From IMG/VR virus record IMGVR_UViG_3300035701_000003: a stretch of DNA of 64,000 nucleotides; one strand, written 5' to 3'. Below are positions 49,101 to 56,812 of this stretch, piece after piece; within the stretch, counting starts at the first letter, position 1; each line of letters opens with the position of its first letter. A model generated the notes under the pieces. That model did no database searches. It saw only the letters and a program-made list of their open reading frames with translations, and was not told where the DNA came from. The position numbers and the translations under genes are program-made. The stretch is from a virus.

Positions 49101-50014
49101 GAAGTAGTAGCACAGAGCAATTTGGTATAAAGGTAGATGGTTATGGTGGAGGTACAAGTTATGTTGATTCTGTTTTCATAATAAATTCATACGTACAAAA
49201 TATAAGAACTGTTCCATCTATAAATGTTCAATGTGACGGAATAGTATTGCAGAATTTGTCAAACATTTTTGTTCTAAACAACAAAGTGGTAGTTAATAAT
49301 GATACTCCTGGTAGGAATGATACTCCGCATAATGACCCTATAGGCGTAAACGCTTCTATTTATAATCTTACGATAGCTAACAACATACTTATCAATTCTC
49401 AAGATGTCAACACTTGTTCTAATGGTATTATATTAGGAGCCTTATCTGGTAAGTTCGATATGTATAACAACGTATTAGCAACTCCATTCTTTGGCTGGAC
49501 TAATGGCGAAGTACCGCAGTCCTTATCTATTTATAGTGTAACTACTGGTACTTATTTTTATATTTATAACAATACCTTCGAAGGTGGTTCAAGTCCTTAT
49601 GTAGTCATGTCCAGGAATTCTAATAACCCTTATGTATACTTTAAGAATAATATAGTAGCCGCGCGAGAATCCGGAAGTTTTAGGGTAGCTTTTGAAAACA
49701 GTACTCCTACTTGGAATCAGATTAATGGTAATCTTTATACTACTTACGCGAAGAGTAGTAGCAACGGTTTAATCAACGGATACTCTATGACTACATTAAG
49801 AACTACTTACGGAGCCGAAACAGTCGGTATAGGGTCTGATAGATGGAATATAGCGGAATCTAGTTTGTTTAATAACTACCTTAATTACGATTATTCATTG
49901 AAGGATGGTTCCCCGGCTATCGACAAGGGAGTTTATCTTGGGCCTCCTTACGATAAAGATATAACTGGAAAGACTAGAAGTAATCCTCCCGATATTGGGG
50001 CCTATGAAAAATAA
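46160..50014 (+). CDS. 1284-aa exported protein: FnIII, three carboxypeptidase-regulatory-like repeats, two beta-helix plus choice-of-anchor-Q-like units
   Basis: MRLRIVLATIFMLLNMVYA|QE; LHWKDNSNNETNF...YWVTALN; ISGY(V/I)(K/R)D...GWTF.P.SISYNN repeats; WDMGAYE and PDIGAYEK. Confidence 0.7.
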   Translation: MRLRIVLATIFMLLNMVYAQEVITITLPSGDEDTTYTVPATVPIVIQATIKGIPKPPKAPSDLSGEPGELENTLHWKDNSNNETNFTVYANNVKLVTLPANTISYLDKPRGNLETVKYWVTALNQRGESPASNIIYVTTLDTTPPTVDIVGNISTSTGLLVGGVNITFSGYSIPAVSDGNGNYSMTVDYNYTGIAIPSANGYTFNPVNRSYTNVTTNQISQNYTAINNPVNISGYVKDNVGNGLIGAIITFSGGGGITTNSMGFYTKDVVYGFSGTTTLTLTGWTFSPSSISYNNIVVNQVNQNYIGTHIPITISGYIRDGANNGVSGVVAIFSNAGNATTDISGFYTKDVVYGYTGTVTPTLAGWTFNPSSISYNNVIINQLNQNYIGVYNNNISIWYIDPNGTALDPHTWLGAWKTFSAINWTSIKPGDIIYISGGVTSQIYYETLIIKKSGTPGHIITITKGIDTGHNGEIIIDGKNTLVRGIDNTGTNWDGYDYIKVSYLTIRRIGGNGDGGGGIHSTGFNVNYFDHINMPMMHTRGFHCTGIYPGTITSDSLFITNCKIISDSINSNQTDGMYLNWLSNIFIEDSYIEAYNQNNLHCDIVSTGNWIENINITRSFLINKSYKNGYPDNYDNGLLLQARGIVNINNSVISTPNFDNSLGWCISFSGTSPNPATIYFYNNTVYTNKANNAVVFQYAAMNSNSIFKNNIFYGNQGVGNGFDYGSGFTASNINYNLYYTGGSTICAYNGVKTLAQMKTAGAELNGLNALPLFKSPSTFDYSLLNNSPGINVGIDLGSQYSKDITGKIRTGIWDMGAYESNVSSSIVLEGPNSWKINPNGTGLAPHTWAGGWKTLSAINWTSVQPGDTIFVFGGADSVTYNEALTVGKSGAPNKFITIMPGLSASYNGKVIISVSSGNGININQQNPMGIKQYIRIKNITVKMQQITAGGYGIYVSSRVAQGCNVIYLDKVQVIWNLNGTGSSSTEQFGIKVDGYGGGTSYVDSVFIINSYVQNIRTVPSINVQCDGIVLQNLSNIFVLNNKVVVNNDTPGRNDTPHNDPIGVNASIYNLTIANNILINSQDVNTCSNGIILGALSGKFDMYNNVLATPFFGWTNGEVPQSLSIYSVTTGTYFYIYNNTFEGGSSPYVVMSRNSNNPYVYFKNNIVAARESGSFRVAFENSTPTWNQINGNLYTTYAKSSSNGLINGYSMTTLRTTYGAETVGIGSDRWNIAESSLFNNYLNYDYSLKDGSPAIDKGVYLGPPYDKDITGKTRSNPPDIGAYEK

Positions 50015-50032
50015 ACAAGATAAGGTTTAATT

Positions 50033-53000
50033 ATGTATAGAAAAGTAAATGCTTTTTTAAGAACATTATTATATATAGTAATATCTTTTATGATAACTGG
50101 GGGAACTTTCCCCCAGGTTCATAAAATTATTATAGGTAATAAAATAAGTGGGCCCTCTCAAGTAGATTCTCTTCCCAGTACTTTTGTATTTAATGATATT
50201 ACTGGAGCTGAACTATCTACTCTTTATACTTCCAATGGAGTAACTTTAACCAATTTTGATAGTGCTTACGCTTACGGAGGTGGAAAGGAATTTAGAGTAA
50301 ACTTAGGAAGTTGGGGAAGTTCTTATAAGAGGGTTCACCGCGATGACGTAGTATACATTAGAAATACATCTTCCGGTTCTTATTTAACTACCGTGAATGC
50401 TACGCTAACTGTTGGAGGAGTTAGCGATGTTTATTCTATTACTACTAAGGCTTCTATTATAGATACCATACCTGCCGATTTTCAATTCGCAGATCAACTT
50501 AATGCGGAACTATCCACTTTGTATTCCTCAAATGGTATAACCTTAAATGCTTTTGATAGCTCCTACGCCTATGCAGCTGGTAAAGAATTTAAAGTAAACT
50601 CCGGTAGTTTTAGTTCTACTATAAGAAGAGTTCATCGTAACGATATTGTATACATTAGAAATACTTCTTCAAGTTCTTATTCAACTATAGTTAATGCTAC
50701 CTTAAACATAGGGGGGGTAACTGATGTTTATTCTATTACTACTAAGGCCCCACCAGATACAATACCGGCTAGTTTTGTATTTACTCCTGTTACTAATGCT
50801 GCTTTATCTACTCTTTACACTTCTAATGGCGTAACTTTAACTAGTCTCGATAGTGCTTATGCTTATGCTACTGGTAAAGAATTTAAAGTAAATTCTGGTA
50901 GTTTTAGTTCTACTATAAGAAGAGTTCATGGTAATGATGTAGTATACATTAGAAATACTTCTTCAGGTTCTTATTCAACTACCGTTACAGCTACTCTAAC
51001 CGTAGGTGGCGTGGGAGGAATTTATTCTATTACAACATCGACTGCTCCCGATACTGTCCCCGCGACTTTTGCATTTAATGATATTACTGGAGCTGAACTA
51101 TCTACCCTTTATACTTCTAATACTATAACTTTAACCAATTTTGATAGTGCTTACGCATACGCAGCGGGTAAATTATTTCAAGTAAATTCTGGAAGTTTCA
51201 GCGCTACTAGAAGAAAAGTTTATAATAATAATACCGTACGTATTCAAAATACTTCTTCTAGTTCTTACTTAACTACAGTAGATGCTACTTTAACAGTGGG
51301 GGGTATAAGTGATACTTATTCTATTACTACTAGATCTGCTACTCCTCCTCTTTATGTGGAAGGAGGGCATTTTATTTCCAAAAATGGTTCTAATACAGTT
51401 CCTTATAATACCTGGGCTAAAGCTTGTACCAACTGGACTGCTAGTAGCCCCCTTTGGCCATATTTAAATATCGGTGACACTATTTGGGTTGATGGTGGAG
51501 CCGATTCGACTAATTATACTGGCGTCGTACAAATCGATAATAAAACAGGGACCGCAGCTTTACCAATTGTGATTACTAAGGGTATATCTCCTGGGCATAA
51601 TGGAGAAGTATGGTTTGATGGACAAGATGCTACTAATAAGAATTTTATTCTCCACGGATGTAAGTATATGAAAGTACAAAGAATCAATACTTATCGCGGT
51701 GGTATATTAATTGACGAAAATGGTTCTTCTCTTGTAAATGTAATTTATCTCGATAGTATAAAAGTAAGAAATTCCTATACTCAAGGAATAGAAATATCAG
51801 GATACCCAGCTACTTCCAATGTAGATTCTGTACTTGTAAGATGGTGCGATATACGTAATGATAGAGTAACCTCTACCGAAACCGATGGTATAGCTTTTTC
51901 ATTCATGACTAATTTCTTCGCTCTAAATAATAATATCTATGTAAACAATCAAAATGCATCTCATGTTGATTGCATAATGGGTTATGCTTCTGTAAGCGGG
52001 CAGTCAATAACGAACGTTACTATAGCGAGAAATCATATGATAAATTACTCCCAGAAGACGGGGTATCCCAGTAACGCTGATAATGGCGTTATTATGTCTG
52101 AATTAGTAGGGACTATAAAGATTTATGATAATTTTCTTGCAGAACCGAGATTTGACTCTAATGCTGGTATAGGATTCTTTACTACAGGAACTAACTTCCT
52201 TTTATATTTTTATAATAATACTGTTGTAACCAATACTTCCAATAATGCTTTACAGATTGCTACTTATGCAGGTACTATAAATCCTGCATCAGAAATTAAG
52301 AATAATATTTTTTATTCAAAGGCAAGTAGTTCTGCTTATGAATTTAGTTCTAGTATAACAGCGGCTAATATAAACTATAATTGTTATTATTACACTACTG
52401 GTAATACTTCTATTTGTAATTACGGAGGCACTAAAAATTTAGCTCAAATGAAAACTGCAGGAGCCGAGACTAATGGAATAAATACAAATCCATTACTTGC
52501 TAATCCTAATTATGCTAATATAGCTCATTTTGATGATAGACTACAGGCAGGTTCCCCTTGTATAAATATAGGACTTAATACTTTAGGCTCCGATTACGCA
52601 AAGGATAGAGTAGACTATATCAGAACTGGTTCTTGGGATATGGGAGATTACGAATATGCTCCTCTTTATGTCGAACATGGACATTTTATTTCTCCTAACG
52701 GAAGTAATACATCTCCATATGATACTTGGCAGAAAGCTCAAACTACTGTTTCTAGTTCTAGTATATGGAGTCAAGTTACAGCTGGTGATACTGTTTGGGT
52801 AGATGGTGGGGTAGGCTATGATTCTTTAGTATATAATACTAATATGGATATTCAAACGAGCGGAAATGCTAATGCTTTAGTAGTTGTGAGAGCTGGAAAA
52901 ACACCCGGGCACTACGGTAAGGTTGTAATAGCAGGAAGTACTTCTGGTACTAATATTACTATTCAAGATAGAAAGTATCTTAAACTCGAGAAAATAACAG

Positions 53001-54040
53001 TTAGAATGCAAAATGGAACTAATCAAGGTATTTATATAAGAGGTAACAATACTTCAGAAGGACTTAATGTTATATATATAGATAGTTGTACTGTTACTTG
53101 TTATGATAAAAATTTCACAACTTGGTTAATGCGTATAGATGGTTACCCCGGCCCCGGTACAACTAGACTCGATTCTGTTTTTGTAAGATATGGATTTTAT
53201 AGAAATTGGATGATAACTCCGCAGGACATTCAAAAGGACGCTATTATAGCACAGTATGCGCAAAATATATTTATTATAGGAAACGATGTTGCTGTTATGA
53301 ATGATTATAATGTTTTCGATACACAAGCTCATAATGATTGCTTTGCAACCGACAATATTTGCAAGAACGTTACTATAGCATTTAATAGATTATTTAACTG
53401 GCAGGCGAACAACGGGAGATCCCAAGTTCTTATTTGTAGTGTTGATGGATTTTTTAAAATTTATGCAAATATAATAGCTTCACCTTATTTTAGAATAAAT
53501 GGTCAGGCTTGGCCCTCTACTTTAAATATGGGAGGGTCCAGTAATTCTCCAACTTGTTACATTTTCAATAATACCTTTATAGGGGGTTCTAATCCTTACG
53601 TAGTTCAGATAGACGGCGCTATAAATACCCCACAGACTCGTCTTAAGAATAATATTATTTATTCTATGTACCCGTGTGATTCTGGTACTAACCCCCGAGT
53701 TCATTTTAGAACAACTTCCCCGACTTGGAATTATATAGATGGTAACTTATATGCGGAATATTCCGATGGAAGTACTAATAATTTGATTAGTAGTTATACC
53801 ATGACTCAATTAAGAGCCTCTCCAAGATTCGCTGAAAGTATAGGTATTGGTTCTGATAGATGGAATATATCAAACTCAACTATATTTACAAATATAGCTA
53901 CTTGGGATTTAACATTAAAGGTAGGTTCCGCCGCTATTGATAAAGGAGTAGATTTAACTGGTGAGGGCGTAGAATATACAAAAGATATTACAGGAAAGAC
54001 TAGAACAGGTTCTTGGGATATTGGAGCTTACGAAAAGTAA
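50033..54040 (+). CDS. 1335-aa exported protein: four Ig-like repeats of about 98 aa plus two beta-helix/choice-of-anchor-Q-like units
   Basis: MYRKVNAFLRTLLYIVISFMITGGTFP|QV; WDMGDYEY and WDIGAYEK. Confidence 0.7.
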   Translation: MYRKVNAFLRTLLYIVISFMITGGTFPQVHKIIIGNKISGPSQVDSLPSTFVFNDITGAELSTLYTSNGVTLTNFDSAYAYGGGKEFRVNLGSWGSSYKRVHRDDVVYIRNTSSGSYLTTVNATLTVGGVSDVYSITTKASIIDTIPADFQFADQLNAELSTLYSSNGITLNAFDSSYAYAAGKEFKVNSGSFSSTIRRVHRNDIVYIRNTSSSSYSTIVNATLNIGGVTDVYSITTKAPPDTIPASFVFTPVTNAALSTLYTSNGVTLTSLDSAYAYATGKEFKVNSGSFSSTIRRVHGNDVVYIRNTSSGSYSTTVTATLTVGGVGGIYSITTSTAPDTVPATFAFNDITGAELSTLYTSNTITLTNFDSAYAYAAGKLFQVNSGSFSATRRKVYNNNTVRIQNTSSSSYLTTVDATLTVGGISDTYSITTRSATPPLYVEGGHFISKNGSNTVPYNTWAKACTNWTASSPLWPYLNIGDTIWVDGGADSTNYTGVVQIDNKTGTAALPIVITKGISPGHNGEVWFDGQDATNKNFILHGCKYMKVQRINTYRGGILIDENGSSLVNVIYLDSIKVRNSYTQGIEISGYPATSNVDSVLVRWCDIRNDRVTSTETDGIAFSFMTNFFALNNNIYVNNQNASHVDCIMGYASVSGQSITNVTIARNHMINYSQKTGYPSNADNGVIMSELVGTIKIYDNFLAEPRFDSNAGIGFFTTGTNFLLYFYNNTVVTNTSNNALQIATYAGTINPASEIKNNIFYSKASSSAYEFSSSITAANINYNCYYYTTGNTSICNYGGTKNLAQMKTAGAETNGINTNPLLANPNYANIAHFDDRLQAGSPCINIGLNTLGSDYAKDRVDYIRTGSWDMGDYEYAPLYVEHGHFISPNGSNTSPYDTWQKAQTTVSSSSIWSQVTAGDTVWVDGGVGYDSLVYNTNMDIQTSGNANALVVVRAGKTPGHYGKVVIAGSTSGTNITIQDRKYLKLEKITVRMQNGTNQGIYIRGNNTSEGLNVIYIDSCTVTCYDKNFTTWLMRIDGYPGPGTTRLDSVFVRYGFYRNWMITPQDIQKDAIIAQYAQNIFIIGNDVAVMNDYNVFDTQAHNDCFATDNICKNVTIAFNRLFNWQANNGRSQVLICSVDGFFKIYANIIASPYFRINGQAWPSTLNMGGSSNSPTCYIFNNTFIGGSNPYVVQIDGAINTPQTRLKNNIIYSMYPCDSGTNPRVHFRTTSPTWNYIDGNLYAEYSDGSTNNLISSYTMTQLRASPRFAESIGIGSDRWNISNSTIFTNIATWDLTLKVGSAAIDKGVDLTGEGVEYTKDITGKTRTGSWDIGAYEK
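50164..51340 (+). repeat. Four diverged repeats of about 294-297 bp (about 98 aa)
   Basis: D(S/T)xP..F.F.....AELSTLY(T/S)SN..TL..FDSAYAY...(R/I)NTSS.SY.T.V.ATL..GG....YSITT starting near 50164, 50461, 50755, 51049. Confidence 0.9.
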
Positions 54041-55533
54041 TGAAGAACTGGAGACAAATATTAGGTTGGCAAGTTCAGAATAGTTATACTGTTGAAGAAA
54101 TGATAACGATGTTAGCTCCTCACCAAATATGGAAGGACGCTCGAGACTACTCTTATCTTTTTATGATAGGTGATGTAATTGAAGTTGTATGGAAAGAGAA
54201 GGATTCTGGCGGGGAACCGCGGTATGTTATACAAGAGGCCATATGGGCAAGTTCTCTTCACAGTAGAGTATCTCCTGGTTGTTTCGCTTATCTTTATCTA
54301 GATGCCGGCCCTTTTGAATTATTGAGTGAAGAAGATATAAATAAACTCTCTTGGCAAGTATTCTTAGGAGATATAGACCCTATGGACAGAGGTATTATGG
54401 CTAGTTTACTAACCGCTGACGATGATCATGTAGTAGCTTTATTATGCATACCTTCCGATACTACTATAGATGATATAGCTAAAGATATGATCGATTCGGG
54501 GTTTACTGAAGAAGCTTTTTTGTTTCAAGATATGGTAAAAAGAGCAAAAGGAGTAGCATGGGAGGCTACCGATGAATTCTCTAACGTAATGAGAATAGAG
54601 GAAATTAAAAGATATTATAAAGTACATTATCCCAACGACGAACTAAACTTTATTCCCGACTGGTTGAAGGTTAAAAAGGCTTTTAAGGAGATAGTAGATA
54701 GTTATAACCTTCCTGATAAAGAATCCTCTAAACTATCATGGCAAGATTCGACTTATGGTGGTAAATATGATATTGGTGCTTTAGTATTTGACCCGCTATC
54801 TAAAAGATTTGGTAAGGTTACTTTTGTAGGACCTTTAAGTAAAGTAGAAGGACTAGATAAGGGTAAACAAGTTTATTTAACAAAATATAAAATAAGAAAC
54901 GAGAAAAAAGATATTCCTTCAGAAGATGACCCTACCGTAATGCTTTTGGACTTAAACGTAGGATTCGCCCACTATGAAGGAAATATACAATCTCCCAACG
55001 AATTTATGACTATAGACCCTCCTAAGACTGTTATAAGAGGTTTAACAAGTGGTGTTAAGAAGGTAAAGAAACTGCCAGAGGAAGGGGATTCCCACGAAGA
55101 TATATTCGAAACTTCTTCCCCCAATCATACTTACTTTAAAGACGCTAGACTTTCTTTAGAAGTAGTTGGACAAGGAATATTCAAACTATCATGGCAAATA
55201 CAAGAACCAGTTTTAAAAGTAGGGGATAAAGTAAAGATAATAGCATTTCTTAAAAAATTAAGAGATTTGGATATTGTTTTTTACGCTCGGAATACTGACG
55301 AATTCGATCCAAATACTATTTATGAGGTAGCATCTATAGATACTAGCGAGGTTGGAACGATGGGTATTTATAGTGATAACATGTGGGTAAACATAAGAGA
55401 AAACTCAATGGGGGCTGGTTGGTGGATTCCTTATCATTATTGGCAGGAATTTTTAGAGATAGTAGAATCTAAAGAAGCATCTTTAACACCCGCTGATAAA
55501 GAAGAATGGCTACAAATAATAGAAGGGGGATAA
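54040..55533 (+). CDS. Modular tagged protein (WRQILGWQVQ leader and three internal KLSWQ sites)
   Basis: ATG 54040 gives MKNWRQILGWQVQ; KLSWQ at 54343, 54730, 55183. Confidence 0.65.
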   Translation: MKNWRQILGWQVQNSYTVEEMITMLAPHQIWKDARDYSYLFMIGDVIEVVWKEKDSGGEPRYVIQEAIWASSLHSRVSPGCFAYLYLDAGPFELLSEEDINKLSWQVFLGDIDPMDRGIMASLLTADDDHVVALLCIPSDTTIDDIAKDMIDSGFTEEAFLFQDMVKRAKGVAWEATDEFSNVMRIEEIKRYYKVHYPNDELNFIPDWLKVKKAFKEIVDSYNLPDKESSKLSWQDSTYGGKYDIGALVFDPLSKRFGKVTFVGPLSKVEGLDKGKQVYLTKYKIRNEKKDIPSEDDPTVMLLDLNVGFAHYEGNIQSPNEFMTIDPPKTVIRGLTSGVKKVKKLPEEGDSHEDIFETSSPNHTYFKDARLSLEVVGQGIFKLSWQIQEPVLKVGDKVKIIAFLKKLRDLDIVFYARNTDEFDPNTIYEVASIDTSEVGTMGIYSDNMWVNIRENSMGAGWWIPYHYWQEFLEIVESKEASLTPADKEEWLQIIEGG

Positions 55534-55535
55534 TA

Positions 55536-56312
55536 ATGGCTAAGCAAACGTCTAAAAAAACTATAACTTCTTCCCAGAAGTATACTTCTAAAGATTGTGA
55601 AGTTATAAAGAAATGTATCAATTCTGGGGTAAATGGTTTAAGGAAAGAAATACTACCCCGTATCGAAAATATCGATAAAAGATATAAAGATCAATATGAA
55701 AGCACTAAAAGAATAATAGTGGATGTTGATTTAATGATGGTAAAGCGTCAAGAGCATACCGAAAAAATAGTGGGGTTAGTAGAAAAGGAGTTAAAGTGTG
55801 TGTCTGAGAAACAAGATAGCGTAGTGACCAGTATTAATACTTCCATGGGGTCTTTACATAAAAAGTTTGACGATCATATAGTTGATGAAAATCTAACTTT
55901 TAAGGATATAAAAGTTACTTTAACTGATATACGCGATCACGGTACAAAACTTGCACGTGATATAGATGATAAACTTGACCATATTAATGTTAACGGTGGA
56001 GTATTTCCTTTGAATGAGGCCTTTCAATTTATATATACCCAAAGTACAGAAACCCATCAGAAGTTAGACGAAGTTTATGCTCTAGTAGCTCCTATGCAAG
56101 CTCGTAAGAAATGGTGGGAAGCTTCTAAGGAACTTATTAAGCGAAATGGTTTACTACATTTTGTGTTTAATACTAAAGTAGGCGCTATACTAGGAATATC
56201 CACTTTACTTTTAATAATAAATACTATTCTAGTAGATGTATTTAGGGTAAACTTTGATATTAAAAGTATATTTACTTGGATACTTAACCTTATTAAAGGA
56301 GTAACAAAATGA
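55536..56312 (+). CDS. Coiled-coil protein with C-terminal transmembrane segment (possible lysis/holin-associated)
   Basis: GAILGISTLLLIINTILVDVF; function is a guess. Confidence 0.45.
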   Translation: MAKQTSKKTITSSQKYTSKDCEVIKKCINSGVNGLRKEILPRIENIDKRYKDQYESTKRIIVDVDLMMVKRQEHTEKIVGLVEKELKCVSEKQDSVVTSINTSMGSLHKKFDDHIVDENLTFKDIKVTLTDIRDHGTKLARDIDDKLDHINVNGGVFPLNEAFQFIYTQSTETHQKLDEVYALVAPMQARKKWWEASKELIKRNGLLHFVFNTKVGAILGISTLLLIINTILVDVFRVNFDIKSIFTWILNLIKGVTK

Positions 56313-56812
56313 TAACTTACTGGAATCAATTTATAGCTACATTCAAGGATATTTTATTAGCATCTTTGTTCTTTGCTATATGCGCATTTTTAAATGCTTC
56401 TATGGATGTAACTAAAGATAAATTTTCTTCTAGTGTTTACAGTAAAATCTCCGAACCCGGCACTGCCACTTATAAATACTTTGAAAGTGACTGGAGAAAC
56501 AAATGGGAAACCTGGCCAGATGGGGGGTTAATATTGGATAAGGATGGTAATAAGATTCCAAAATGGTTTTTAGGAATACATATTGTACCTTTGAATCACC
56601 CCATGTTTTTTGATAGTTGGCATCTGTTTAAATCTGCAATGGTATTTTTCTTTGGAGTAACATTAATTGTTCTTTATTTTAAAGCTGCTAAAATTATATT
56701 TAAATTTAATAAGTGGTATTACTGGGTCGTATTAGGAATAGTGTTAGTATGGTTCTTTCTCGACTGGAATATTGTGTTTAATCTATTTTATGATCATTGG
56801 CTAATGGTATGA
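56309..56812 (+). CDS. Membrane protein
   Basis: Three hydrophobic segments; FLNASMD...WRNKW...DSWHLFK. Confidence 0.6.
   Translation: MITYWNQFIATFKDILLASLFFAICAFLNASMDVTKDKFSSSVYSKISEPGTATYKYFESDWRNKWETWPDGGLILDKDGNKIPKWFLGIHIVPLNHPMFFDSWHLFKSAMVFFFGVTLIVLYFKAAKIIFKFNKWYYWVVLGIVLVWFFLDWNIVFNLFYDHWLMV

Noticed and set aside
42260-54040. Diversity-generating retroelement or invertible tail-fibre cassette
   Set aside because: No reverse transcriptase or invertase in the window; the paralogous units are not a template/variable pair differing only at adenines; no flanking inverted repeats seen
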